Shown in pieces: positions 48,437-58,523 of a DNA stretch of 64,000 bases. Origin of the DNA: an uncultured Clostridia bacterium (GTDB lineage: Bacteria > Bacillota > Clostridia > TANB77 > CAG-508); contig CAKPAX010000002.1 in assembly GCA_934133175.1 (NCBI GenBank), forward strand, positions 18,022-82,021. Direction: 5' to 3'. The notes beneath the pieces are model-generated. The model was not told where the DNA came from. It was given only the letters and a program-made list of their open reading frames with translations, and searched no databases. Positions within the stretch are counted from its first letter, which is position 1; each line of letters begins with the position of its first letter. The translations under genes were made by a program, and so were the position numbers.

Positions 48437-48712
48437 TTAATATCTTAATCTTACACAGCTTTTTTTAGGCACCATAAAATCATCCACAAATGCAATCCCA
48501 AACGGATTCTTATCTGTATCGATTTCTAACAAAACATCTTCTACAGAATGCATACATCTTTGACAATAAAAGCATCTATGTATACTTTTATTCTCTCCAT
48601 ACCTAAAAAAAGTCCATACTCTTTCTCTTCCAACAATGTCCTTACATGAGCAACATTGTTTTTTGAAAATGCAATATCTTAATTTTATTGCATTTAACCG
48701 CCTTTCTTCCAA
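48437..48712 (-). CDS. Hypothetical 91-aa Cys-rich zinc-ribbon-like protein (CCSC...16...CFYCQRC), TTG start, higher GC than the host
   Basis: RBS AAGGAGG 8 nt before TTG. Two CxxC-type clusters. GC is about 35%. Confidence 0.4.
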   Translation of the reverse strand: MEERRLNAIKLRYCIFKKQCCSCKDIVGRERVWTFFRYGENKSIHRCFYCQRCMHSVEDVLLEIDTDKNPFGIAFVDDFMVPKKSCVRLRY

Positions 48713-48863
48713 AGTTACTACCTCCTTAAAATTATTTAATGGATTCTATTGTTTTTAAGCTACGCATTTTATTGTATCATAAATATATTAATTATACAAT
48801 AATTTATTACTTAAATATCTATTTCGTTTTTAATTATAATAACATAAACAATTTTTTGATATA

Positions 48864-48892
48864 TTGAATTTTAAGCTGTTTTGTGGCATAAT
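48864..48892 (+). promoter_or_regulatory. mutS2 sigma-A promoter (-35 TTGAAT, 17 bp, -10 CATAAT with upstream TG)
   Basis: Seen directly in ttgaattttaagctgttttgtggcataat. Confidence 0.5.
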
Positions 48893-48924
48893 ATATAGAG
48901 TTTATTAATTAGGAGATTTTAAAA

Positions 48925-51276
48925 ATGAAACAAACATATTTAAATAAATTAGAATATTTTAAAATAATAAATATACTTTCAGGTTATTGTAAAACATATG
49001 TAGGAAAAAATCTTGTAGCAAATTTGGTACCATCTAACAACAAAGATGAAGTACTAAAATTATTACAAGAAACTGAAGAAGCAGTAAATTTAACATATAG
49101 AATATCAACTGCCCCTATGTCAGAGATAGCAAACATTTCAGAAAACTTATTAACATTAGAAAGTTTTGGAGTTCTATCTATAAAATCTATTTTAGAAATA
49201 AAAAATATTTTACAATTATCACAAGAATTAAAAAATTATTTTTACACAGAAACAATTGATACCTCTTCTTTTACATTACTTGAACAATATTTTTCTAAAT
49301 TATATACAAATAAAAGTATTGTTGAAAAAATATCAAAAATAATAATTGACGAAAATACAATAGCAGATGATGCTTCTTCAAATTTAAAAAACATTAGAAG
49401 AAAACAAAGAAATTTAGAACAAGATATTAAAGAAAAATTAAACTCATTTATACATTCATCAAGTTACTCTAAATATATACAAGAAAATATAATAACAATT
49501 AAAAATGACAGATACGTAATCCCTGTAAAAGAAGAATACAGAAGTATGATAAAAGGATTTGTACATGATATATCAAGTAGTGGTTCAACTGTTTTTATAG
49601 AACCTATATCAATATTTGAAACAAATAATGATATAAATAACTTAAAAATTGAAGAACATCTTGAAATTGAAAAAATTCTTAAAGACCTATCTTTACTGCT
49701 ATCTCCTATAACAAATGAGTTAAAAACAAATATAGAAACTATAGGATATCTTGATTATATATTTGCAAAGTCAAGTTACTCTAAAGATATAAAAGGAATT
49801 ACACCAAATATTAATGATAATAAAAATATAAAATTAATAAATGCTAAGCACCCATTAATAGATCAAAATAAAGTAGTACCAATTTCAGTAAATATTGGAG
49901 AAGATTTTTCTACCTTAGTAATAACTGGTCCTAATACAGGTGGAAAAACTGTTACTTTAAAAACAATTGGACTTTTAGCGTGTATGGCATGTAGTGGTTT
50001 AAACATTCCAGCTGATGAACAATCTAGCATATTTGTTTTTGATGAAATATTTGCAGATATTGGTGATGACCAAAGTATTTCAGAATCATTAAGTACTTTT
50101 TCTGCTCATATGACAAACATTGTAGATATTGTAAATACAGCAACTGATAAAAGTTTAATATTACTAGATGAATTAGCCTCTGGAACAGATCCTTTAGAAG
50201 GTGCAAATTTAGCAATTAGTATTTTAGATTATTTTAAAAACATTCATGCACTAACCATTTCAACTACACATTATCAAGAATTAAAAGAATATGCTTTAGT
50301 TACAAAAGGTGTTGAAAACGCAAGTGTTGAATTTAATTTAGAAACTTTAAGTCCTACTTATAAACTATTAATTGGAGTTCCAGGAAAAAGTAATGCATTT
50401 GAAATAAGCAAAAAATTAGGATTAAAACAAGAAATAATAACATATGCAAAAAGTATGTTAAACAGTGATGACGTAAGTATTGAAGAATTATTAAAAAATA
50501 TATATGACAATAAAGCTAAAATTGAAGCTGAAAAGCAAGAAACAGAAAAATATTTAGAAGAAATTAAAACTTTAAAAGCTAGTCTTATACAAGATAATAG
50601 TAATTTAGAAAAACAGAAAATTGATTTAATTAATAATGCAAAAATTGAAGCAAGAAAAATTCTTCTTAATGCAAAAGATGAAGCAAATGAAATTATAAAG
50701 AATTTAAATAATTCTAGTGATATAAAAACTCAAAATAATTTAAGAAACAAATTAAATAACGATATTAATAGTATTTCTTTACAAAACTATGAAACAAAAT
50801 CAACATCAAATGCATTAGATATTTCACAAATAAAACAAAATGAAACAGTTTTTGTTGCAACTTTAAAACAAAATGGAATTGTATTATCAAATATATCAAA
50901 ATCAAATGAAGTTATTGTTCAAATTGGTAGCATAAAAATGAATATTCCTATTAAATATTTAGAAAAAGCTCATAAGGAAACTACTACAAAAAAAGATACA
51001 AAAAATTATACTAGTATTTCTAAAACTAGAAATGCAAAAACAGAAATAAATGTTATTGGTTATACTGTTGAAGAAGCTACATTTGTAGTTGACAAGTTTT
51101 TAGATGACTGTGCTTTAGCTAAAATCAAAACAGCAAGAATTGTACATGGTAAAGGTACTGGAAAGTTGAAAAATGGTATACATCAATTTTTAAAAAATCA
51201 CCCTCATGTGGCATCATATAGAATGGGAACATATGGTGAAGGTGAAATGGGTGTAACTGTAGTAGAAGTTAAATAG
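48925..51276 (+). CDS. mutS2: Endonuclease MutS2
   Basis: 783 aa with Walker A GPNTGGKT, a long coiled-coil, and a C-terminal Smr domain (INVIGYTVEEA...HGKGTG). Confidence 0.9.
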   Translation: MKQTYLNKLEYFKIINILSGYCKTYVGKNLVANLVPSNNKDEVLKLLQETEEAVNLTYRISTAPMSEIANISENLLTLESFGVLSIKSILEIKNILQLSQELKNYFYTETIDTSSFTLLEQYFSKLYTNKSIVEKISKIIIDENTIADDASSNLKNIRRKQRNLEQDIKEKLNSFIHSSSYSKYIQENIITIKNDRYVIPVKEEYRSMIKGFVHDISSSGSTVFIEPISIFETNNDINNLKIEEHLEIEKILKDLSLLLSPITNELKTNIETIGYLDYIFAKSSYSKDIKGITPNINDNKNIKLINAKHPLIDQNKVVPISVNIGEDFSTLVITGPNTGGKTVTLKTIGLLACMACSGLNIPADEQSSIFVFDEIFADIGDDQSISESLSTFSAHMTNIVDIVNTATDKSLILLDELASGTDPLEGANLAISILDYFKNIHALTISTTHYQELKEYALVTKGVENASVEFNLETLSPTYKLLIGVPGKSNAFEISKKLGLKQEIITYAKSMLNSDDVSIEELLKNIYDNKAKIEAEKQETEKYLEEIKTLKASLIQDNSNLEKQKIDLINNAKIEARKILLNAKDEANEIIKNLNNSSDIKTQNNLRNKLNNDINSISLQNYETKSTSNALDISQIKQNETVFVATLKQNGIVLSNISKSNEVIVQIGSIKMNIPIKYLEKAHKETTTKKDTKNYTSISKTRNAKTEINVIGYTVEEATFVVDKFLDDCALAKIKTARIVHGKGTGKLKNGIHQFLKNHPHVASYRMGTYGEGEMGVTVVEVK

Positions 51277-51301
51277 ATAAAAACTAAAAGAAAAAATAAA
51301 A

Positions 51302-51430
51302 TTTCTATATATTGTTTTTCTATGCCTTGTTGTCGCATCCCTCGGAATCCTTCGGGAAGGATGCTCCATTCGCCCTCCGCTGACGCTCCGGTTGGTCGCT
51401 ACGCGGCATTTAAAAAACAATATATAGAAA
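51302..51430. repeat. GC-rich (about 60% GC) 93-bp core bracketed by perfect 18-bp AT-only terminal inverted repeats (TTTCTATATATTGTTTTT ... AAAAACAATATATAGAAA). Could be a MITE-like element or a structured small RNA.
   Basis: Inverted repeats read directly. The core contains the nested hairpins GCATCC...GGATGC and CC-UUCG-GG. It lies between the convergent 3' ends of mutS2 and tsaC. Confidence 0.6.
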
Positions 51431-51458
51431 TTATTAAAATATAATATTTTATATAATT

Positions 51459-52463
51459 TTATTTAACTTCTACTACATTATCTTTGCATACATTTTTTAA
51501 TCTATTCATTATAGCTACTGCTAGTCCTCTTTCCTCTATTCCTTTAATAAGTACTATTTCTGGATTTAATTGATTTATTTTTCTTAAATTTTTAAATAAC
51601 TTTTTAGAAATTTCTTCTAAATTTTCTTTAGTTCCCATTGATATAACATTTTTAGAGTCAATTTTGTTAACATCTTCTTCTAAACAAAAAACTACTGCAT
51701 TGTTATATTTTTTAATTTCATAATTTATTTTTGAAATTACTTTTTTGTTATCATTCCCATATATTAGAACACTTTCACAATTTAAAGAATAATGTTTTAG
51801 TTTTTGACTTGGTAATAATTTATTATTTTGTTCATAATCTTTCTCAATATTTGGAGTTATTTTTAATATATCGTCATAAGTTACAGCCCCTGGTCTTAAT
51901 ATATGCACAACATTATCAATTACTTCTACAATTGTTGATTCTAAACCTATTTTACATTCTCCTCCATCAACTATATAATCAATATCTTCTACAAAGTCTA
52001 ATTTTATATCATCAAAATTTGTCCCACTTGGTCTACCAGATATATTAGCACTTGGTGCAGAAATTGGTACTCCAGCCTTACTTATTATTTCTAATGCAAT
52101 TTTATTATCTGGAACTCTAACTCCAACTTTATTTTTTCCAGCAGTTACAATATCTGGCACTATATCTTTTTTGTTTAATATAATTGTAAATGGACCCGGA
52201 AAAAATTTTTCCATTAACTTATATTCTAATTCTGTTATATTTTGTGTAATTTTTTCTATCATATTAATATTATTTACTAATAAGTTTATTGGGTTTTTAT
52301 AGTCTCTTTTTTTAATATCATATAATTTTTTTACAGCATTAGCATCTAATCCATTTGTTCCAATTGCATATACTGTTTCTGTTGGAAATATTACTATTTT
52401 TCCTTCTTTTATTTTTTCTCCTACTTCTTCTAAATCTTTTTCATTATTTATATATTTATACAT
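51459..52463 (-). CDS. tsaC: L-threonylcarbamoyladenylate synthase (Sua5/TsaC family with C-terminal SUA5 domain)
   Basis: YrdC-domain motifs (VIFPTETVYAIG; SAPSANISGRPS) plus a C-terminal extension of about 130 aa. Confidence 0.8.
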   Translation of the reverse strand: MYKYINNEKDLEEVGEKIKEGKIVIFPTETVYAIGTNGLDANAVKKLYDIKKRDYKNPINLLVNNINMIEKITQNITELEYKLMEKFFPGPFTIILNKKDIVPDIVTAGKNKVGVRVPDNKIALEIISKAGVPISAPSANISGRPSGTNFDDIKLDFVEDIDYIVDGGECKIGLESTIVEVIDNVVHILRPGAVTYDDILKITPNIEKDYEQNNKLLPSQKLKHYSLNCESVLIYGNDNKKVISKINYEIKKYNNAVVFCLEEDVNKIDSKNVISMGTKENLEEISKKLFKNLRKINQLNPEIVLIKGIEERGLAVAIMNRLKNVCKDNVVEVK

Positions 52464-52511
52464 AATTAGTACCTCAAAAACATATCCCTAATTAATATTA
52501 GGGACTTTTCT

Positions 52512-53018
52512 TTATTTTAAATCTATTATTATTTCTTTTTCTTTATCTAATTCTATTTTGTTATACTTAACACCACATTCATCAAATAATCTTCTTGATG
52601 CTATATTATTTTCAGAATTAGCATATTTATCAGATAAATAAATTACTTCTTTTATTCCTGATTGAATTATAATTTTTGCACATTCGTTACATGGAAATAA
52701 ATCTACATATATTTTAGCATTTTCTAAATCTTTCTTACTTCCTCTATAATTCAATATTGCATTCATTTCAGCGTGACAGACATATGGATATTTCGTATCC
52801 AAATTATCCCCTTCTCTAGCCCAAGGAAATTTTTCATCACTAAATCCATTAGGAGCTCCGTTATATCCTATAGATAATATTCTGTTGTCATTGCTTACAA
52901 TACATGCTCCGACTTGTGTTGATGGATCTTTACTTCTCATTGCTGAAAGTTTCGCTATAGACATAAAATATTCATCCCAACTTATATAATTAGTTCTTTT
53001 TACATTTTTATTATCCAT
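52512..53018 (-). CDS. dCMP deaminase (ComEB-like cytidine/deoxycytidylate deaminase)
   Basis: Zinc motifs HAEMNAI and PCNECAKII. Confidence 0.8.
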   Translation of the reverse strand: MDNKNVKRTNYISWDEYFMSIAKLSAMRSKDPSTQVGACIVSNDNRILSIGYNGAPNGFSDEKFPWAREGDNLDTKYPYVCHAEMNAILNYRGSKKDLENAKIYVDLFPCNECAKIIIQSGIKEVIYLSDKYANSENNIASRRLFDECGVKYNKIELDKEKEIIIDLK

Positions 53019-53125
53019 ATATATTCCCCCTTAATTTATGTGATTATATCACATTTTGAGTATATATGACAATAAAAAACAGAGGAATTTCATGTGAATT
53101 TCCTCATCTATATTAATAATTTTAA

Positions 53126-54124
53126 TTATACTATATACATTATTTCATTATTTGGAAAATATTTTTTCATATTTTCTCTAAAAAATTGTTCTCCATCTTC
53201 TCTCAAACCATTTTTATACATATATTTTCCTTTACCTCTTCCTGTCATCAATTCTTTATTATATAAGTTAATTGCATTAGGAAATGCCTCCTCATTAATT
53301 TTAGTATGGACAAAACTATAAGTCATAAATATTATTTCAAAAAACACATCATTTTTTACTTTTTCAGATAATTCTTCACTTAATCTTTGTATTAATTCTA
53401 AATATAGTTCTTTCCAATTCTCTACCATTATAACAGGCGCTATTAATATTCCTATTTTATATCCAGCTTCTTTTAATTTATTTATTGCTTCAATTCTTCC
53501 TTTTAATCTAGAAGTTCCAAATTCTACTTTGTTTATAATTTCTTCTGGATTAACACTAACTCTAACAATAACTTTTCCATTATGATTTAAACTTAAAATA
53601 TCATCAACCATATCAAATTTTGTTGGAAATGTTAAATATCCTTTTTGTGTATTTGCAAAATTTTCTATTGTCCATTTTAAATTACCAGTTATTGTGTTTT
53701 CTAATATTAAATCACTATTACTTCCTATTTCAAATGTTAATTCTTTTTCAGATTTCTCTGCAGTTTTTATTATTTTTTGTAGCATTTCTTCTCTATTTAC
53801 AAACAATCTTAAGTATGCACATTTATTGTAATTACACACTAAATAACAATACATACACATTGCTGTACAACCTGAAGATGTATATGGTACTAAATAATCC
53901 GAAGTTTTATGATTTTCTACAAACTTATGTGTTTTACGTACTCCAATTATTAAATTTCTTTTCATGTCTGCAAATTCTGAATTTTGTTTTTTTCTCATTT
54001 CTTCTATATTGTTATGATTTTCTATAACCACTTTTGGAACGTCTTTATATTTTTCTAAAAGTTCTCTTCCTAACTGATAGTTTTCTATATTTTTTTCATA
54101 ATAAATTGCTTTAGGTTTAAACAT
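53126..54124 (-). CDS. splB: Spore photoproduct lyase (radical SAM)
   Basis: 332 aa with a CTAMCMYC (Cx3Cx2C) cluster and conserved downstream Cys; overall SplB length and motif order. Confidence 0.7.
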   Translation of the reverse strand: MFKPKAIYYEKNIENYQLGRELLEKYKDVPKVVIENHNNIEEMRKKQNSEFADMKRNLIIGVRKTHKFVENHKTSDYLVPYTSSGCTAMCMYCYLVCNYNKCAYLRLFVNREEMLQKIIKTAEKSEKELTFEIGSNSDLILENTITGNLKWTIENFANTQKGYLTFPTKFDMVDDILSLNHNGKVIVRVSVNPEEIINKVEFGTSRLKGRIEAINKLKEAGYKIGILIAPVIMVENWKELYLELIQRLSEELSEKVKNDVFFEIIFMTYSFVHTKINEEAFPNAINLYNKELMTGRGKGKYMYKNGLREDGEQFFRENMKKYFPNNEIMYIV

Positions 54125-54170
54125 ATTTTTCCTCCTAAAATTAGTTTAACCTAAATATTTTATAAAATTC

Positions 54171-54209
54171 AAAAACACACTTCAAATTTTAAACTTAAAG
54201 TGTGTTTTT
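54171..54209 (-). terminator. Terminator of the thyA-dfrA operon: 12-bp perfect stem AAAAACACACTT/AAGTGTGTTTTT with T-runs on both sides
   Basis: Seen directly. On the minus strand it is followed by TTTTTGAATTTT. Confidence 0.7.
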
Positions 54210-54219
54210 CTTTTTAATG

Positions 54220-54260
54220 GTTGTCAAAAAACTACGTCCCCATTGACACCCATTGACAAC
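54220..54260. repeat. Second copy of the GTTGTCAA-aaaactacgtcccca-TTGACA element, carrying a 10-bp internal duplication (cccattgaca) of the right arm
   Basis: 29 nt are identical to copy 1 (13461-13491), including the 15-nt spacer. Located between the dfrA stop codon and its terminator. Confidence 0.8.
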
Positions 54261-54263
54261 TAT

Positions 54264-54752
54264 TTATATTTTCTCATATGTTACATATTCATAATCAAAT
54301 GGATTTTCTTCGTCTTTTAATCCTTTTTCTCTTTCAGTAACTTTCCATTCACTCATATTAATTTCTGGAAAAGATACATCTCCATCAAATTCTTGATTTA
54401 TTTCTGTTATGTACATTTTTGTACAATATGGCATTAACAATCTGTACATTGTAGCTCCACCTATTACAAAATGCTCTTCTTCATCTTTTATGTATTTATC
54501 TAATAATGATATATCTTCTAATATTTCAACATTTTCATTATTTATTTCCATATTAGCATCATTACATAAAACAATATGATGTCTATTTGGTAAAACTCTT
54601 CCTAATGATTCAAATGTTTTTCTTCCCATTATTATTGTATGTCCTGTTGTTAATCTTTTAAATCTTTTTAAATCTTCTGGCAAGTGCCATATTAATTGAT
54701 TATCTTTTCCTATAACATTATTCTTTGCTTTGGCTACTATTAAACTTAACAT
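54264..54752 (-). CDS. dfrA: Dihydrofolate reductase
   Basis: VIGKDNQLIWHLPEDLKRFKRLTTGHTIIMGRKTFESL matches the DHFR consensus. Confidence 0.85.
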   Translation of the reverse strand: MLSLIVAKAKNNVIGKDNQLIWHLPEDLKRFKRLTTGHTIIMGRKTFESLGRVLPNRHHIVLCNDANMEINNENVEILEDISLLDKYIKDEEEHFVIGGATMYRLLMPYCTKMYITEINQEFDGDVSFPEINMSEWKVTEREKGLKDEENPFDYEYVTYEKI

Positions 54753-54767
54753 TTTATTCCTCCTAAA

Positions 54768-55625
54768 TTATATAGCTACTGGTATTTTTCCTAATTTTAT
54801 ATCTTTATTGTAATCATAACCTTGTATCTCAAAATCTTCTACTTTAAAGTCATAGAAATTTTTTGTTGGATTGTTTATTACTAATTTTGGACTTACATCC
54901 ATTGATTCTGCTTGTATTAATTTTTCTATTAAAGGAACATGTCTATCATATATATGACAATCTCCTATATTATGTGTTAGTGTTCCAACTTCTAATCCTG
55001 CAACTTGTGCAAACATACATAAAAGTGCCGCATATTGCATTGTATTCCATCCATTTGCAGCAAGCATATCTTGTGAACGTTGATTTAATATTAAATGTAA
55101 TTTTCCTCCCTTTACTAACCATTGTGTTCCATATGCACATGGTTCTAAGTTCATATCTTTTAATTCTTCATGATTAAATATATTTGTCATTATTCTACGA
55201 CTTGCTTGATCATTGTTTAATAAATATAAAACATAATCAACTTGATCCATTTCTTTTATTCCATCTTTTGTTTTAAATTTATATTTTTTTGCCATTTGAT
55301 ATCCATATGCTTTTCCTATTGATCCATCTGGATCTGCCCATTGATCCCATATGTGTGAATTTAAGTCATTTACATTGTTTGATTTTTTTTGCCAAATCCA
55401 CAAAATTTCGTCAATTGCTCTTTTTACTGTTCCTGAATTATTACGTAATGTAATCATAGGAAATTCTTTTCCTACATCATATTTATTTGTAACTCCAACT
55501 ATTGAAAAATAATTTGCTTCTTCTCCATCTTCCCATCTTGTTCTTACTCCTGTTCCTTTTGATGAATATCCATGTTCTAATATTTCTTTACATGTATCTA
55601 TAAAATTTTTATCTGCTTCTGTCAT
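54768..55625 (-). CDS. thyA: Thymidylate synthase
   Basis: Catalytic Cys region LEPCAYGTQW and the rest of the ThyA core. GGAGG RBS before the second ATG (MTEADKNF). Confidence 0.9.
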   Translation of the reverse strand: MTEADKNFIDTCKEILEHGYSSKGTGVRTRWEDGEEANYFSIVGVTNKYDVGKEFPMITLRNNSGTVKRAIDEILWIWQKKSNNVNDLNSHIWDQWADPDGSIGKAYGYQMAKKYKFKTKDGIKEMDQVDYVLYLLNNDQASRRIMTNIFNHEELKDMNLEPCAYGTQWLVKGGKLHLILNQRSQDMLAANGWNTMQYAALLCMFAQVAGLEVGTLTHNIGDCHIYDRHVPLIEKLIQAESMDVSPKLVINNPTKNFYDFKVEDFEIQGYDYNKDIKLGKIPVAI

Positions 55626-55740
55626 AACAACCTCCAATTTATATTATTTTATGATAATATATCATATGAATAAAAAAAAGTATAGCATTTTTATACAAAA
55701 TACTACACTTTTTTTAACAAGATTTGGTATCTATATTAGC

Positions 55741-57465
55741 TTATTTTTCTACTGAATTTATTAGTTTCATTTCTTCATTTCTTTTTACCTTTTTGGTTGT
55801 TGTTTTTATTAACTCTTTATCTGTTATAATCATGTTTTTTATGTATTTATATGGTGGAAATGTTTTATTTATTTCTTTTACTTTTTGCCATAAAATCTCT
55901 CTTATTTCCTCTTCGGTAATGTTTGGATTTTCTTTTGATAAATAATCTTTGTTGTAAACTATTTTTACTGATAATTTTATATCATTTTTGTCCTTTTTAT
56001 CTGGTATTCCATAAACCATACATTCTTCTACTTCTTCTAATTGATTAATTACAGCTTCTAATTCTTCTGGAAATACTTTTTTACCATTTTTTAATACTAT
56101 CATATCTTTTTTTCTTCCAGTTATAAATACATATCCTTTTTTATCCATATATCCTAAGTCACCTGTATGGAACCATCCGTTTTTTATAACCGCTTCTGTT
56201 GCTTCTTCATTTTCATAATATCCAAGCATAACATTTGGACCTCTTGCAATTAACTCCCCAATTCCATTTTCATCTTTATTTTCAAATTTTATTTCTACAT
56301 TTGCCATAGGAACACCTATTGAACCATACTTTTGTTTAAAACTATTTTCTGCACATATAACTGGTGCTGTTTCTGTTAATCCATATCCTTGAACTAATTC
56401 TATTCCTAATTCATTAAATCCTTTAGCAACTTCTTTTCTTAATGGTGCTCCACCAGATATAACAAATCTTAAACTTCCACCTAACTCGTCTATAATTGCT
56501 TTAAATAATTTTTTTCTAATATCTATATGGAATTTTAAAAGTACATTACTTAATTTTTTTGCAAATGCAATAGCTTTTGTTTTTCCCTTTTTTTCTATTC
56601 CTTTTTGTATATTCTTGTAAATTGCCTCAACTAACAAAGGAACACCTACAAACACAGATACCTTATATTCTTTTAAGTTTTGTGCTACATATCTTAAACC
56701 ATCTGGAAATGCTGTTGCTACTCCACATGCTAACATCATTATCATTTCTGTTGATCCAAATATATGGTGAAATGGTAAAAATGCTAAATTAACATCTGTT
56801 GGAAAAATTCCTTCTACTAATTGCATAGCATATATATTTGATGCTATATTCCTTTGTGATAACATTACTGCTTTTGATTTTGATGTTGTTCCTGATGTAA
56901 ATAATAATATATTCATTTTATAGCAATCTATTGATGTGTTTATATATTCATCATTTCCAAAGTCTATTTCTTTTCTTCCTTGTTCTATTAATTTATAAAT
57001 ATCTAAATAATTTTCTTTTTCATTCATACAAATATATTCTTTAATACTTGTGTTATTTCTTTCTTTTATTTGTTCTATATTTTCTATATATTTTTCATCA
57101 AAAACTACAACTTCTGCTTTACTTCTTTTTAAACTATTTTCTAATTCTTCTAGTTGTAATTCTTTATCTATAGGAACAGATACTATTCCACCTAATAAAT
57201 TTGCTAAATGTGTTAATACCCATTCATATTTATTTCTACCAACTATAGCAACTCTTTTGTCTTTATAGCCTAGTTTAAATAAAGCTGTTCCTAAACAGTT
57301 TACTTCTTGTAATAATCTTTCATATGAAATATTTTCATATTCTATTCCTTCTTTTGTTTTATGTTTTAATATAAATGCTGTATTATCTTTGTACTTTTCA
57401 GCTGAATGGTACAGAATTTCTTTTACACTATTAAATTCTGTTGCTTCAAAATATTCTTTTTTCAT
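55741..57465 (-). CDS. Long-chain fatty acid--CoA ligase (AMP-binding enzyme)
   Basis: AMP-binding motif TSGTTSKSKAV and GYGLTE; 574 aa. Confidence 0.8.
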   Translation of the reverse strand: MKKEYFEATEFNSVKEILYHSAEKYKDNTAFILKHKTKEGIEYENISYERLLQEVNCLGTALFKLGYKDKRVAIVGRNKYEWVLTHLANLLGGIVSVPIDKELQLEELENSLKRSKAEVVVFDEKYIENIEQIKERNNTSIKEYICMNEKENYLDIYKLIEQGRKEIDFGNDEYINTSIDCYKMNILLFTSGTTSKSKAVMLSQRNIASNIYAMQLVEGIFPTDVNLAFLPFHHIFGSTEMIMMLACGVATAFPDGLRYVAQNLKEYKVSVFVGVPLLVEAIYKNIQKGIEKKGKTKAIAFAKKLSNVLLKFHIDIRKKLFKAIIDELGGSLRFVISGGAPLRKEVAKGFNELGIELVQGYGLTETAPVICAENSFKQKYGSIGVPMANVEIKFENKDENGIGELIARGPNVMLGYYENEEATEAVIKNGWFHTGDLGYMDKKGYVFITGRKKDMIVLKNGKKVFPEELEAVINQLEEVEECMVYGIPDKKDKNDIKLSVKIVYNKDYLSKENPNITEEEIREILWQKVKEINKTFPPYKYIKNMIITDKELIKTTTKKVKRNEEMKLINSVEK

Positions 57466-57614
57466 AATTTTCTCCTTCTAATATATTAGATACTAAATTA
57501 TCACAAAACATGCCTTTCTGTCAATTAACTGACCGCATCTTCTAAAAGCAAATCTTACTTTACCAAACTTTTATATCACAAATAAAAAACAGTTAATTTT
57601 ATAACTGCTTTTTA

Positions 57615-58511
57615 TTATACATCCCATTTTGGTACATATTCTTCTTCATGTTCTCCTAATTCTTGAATATATCCATTTTCTATATCTAGGTCATATAAAT
57701 AATTTTCTATTTCTTCATATTCTTCTTTTGTTAATTTTCTATTTATGTTTTCTATTTGTTTTGCTTTGTATGTTGGAAAATATTGTGCCATTACACTAAC
57801 ATAAACATCTTTATCCATATTTTCTTTTATCCATTTTAATACTTTTTTACTATTTTCTATGTTACTTGGTAATATTAAATGTCTTATTATTAAACCTTTT
57901 TCTATTATTCCATCATTATTTAATTTAGGACTTCCTACTTGTCTATACATTTCTTTTATAGCAGTAGTTGCTATTTCAAAATAGTTTTTAACTTTAGAAT
58001 ATTCTAAACCTAAATTATCTTCTGCATATTTTAAATCCGGTAAATATATATCTATATAACCTTCTAACATTTTTAGAGTTTCTACATTTTCGTATCCATT
58101 TGTATTATAAACAATTGGAATTTTTAATCCGTTTACTCTTGCAATTTTTATTGCTTCTATTATTTGTGGCACATAGCTCGTTGGTGTTACTAAATTTATA
58201 TTATTTACATTTCTATTTTGTTGTTCTAAAAATATCTCCGCTAATCTTTCTATTGTTATTTCTTTTCCTTTTCCCTGCTGACTTATTTCATAATTTTGAC
58301 AAAACACACAATTCATATTGCAATTAGAAAAAAACACTGTTCCAGAACCATTTTCTCCACTAATACATGGTTCTTCAAAATCATGCACTGAATATAATGC
58401 AATTTTTACTTTATTGCTTGATTTACATCTTCCTACTTGTCCGTTATTTCTATTTATTCCACACATATGTGGACATATACTACATTTTTCTAGTTCTTTA
58501 CAATTTACCAT
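57615..58511 (-). CDS. Radical SAM protein, PflA/AmrS-like activating-enzyme family
   Basis: Cx3Cx2C cluster (CNMNCVFC) plus the N-terminal Cys motif CSICPHMCGINRNNGQVGRC. Confidence 0.6.
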   Translation of the reverse strand: MVNCKELEKCSICPHMCGINRNNGQVGRCKSSNKVKIALYSVHDFEEPCISGENGSGTVFFSNCNMNCVFCQNYEISQQGKGKEITIERLAEIFLEQQNRNVNNINLVTPTSYVPQIIEAIKIARVNGLKIPIVYNTNGYENVETLKMLEGYIDIYLPDLKYAEDNLGLEYSKVKNYFEIATTAIKEMYRQVGSPKLNNDGIIEKGLIIRHLILPSNIENSKKVLKWIKENMDKDVYVSVMAQYFPTYKAKQIENINRKLTKEEYEEIENYLYDLDIENGYIQELGEHEEEYVPKWDV

Positions 58512-58523
58512 TTTCTACCTCTT

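Noticed and set aside
51302-51430. Interpretation of the GC-rich element as SRP (4.5S/scRNA) RNA, given ftsY nearby
   Set aside because: The GGAAGGA-like stretch is only loosely similar to SRP domain IV. The terminal pairing is AT-only and perfect, unlike SRP RNA ends, and Firmicute SRP RNAs are the long Bacillus type. It is kept as an unexplained element instead.
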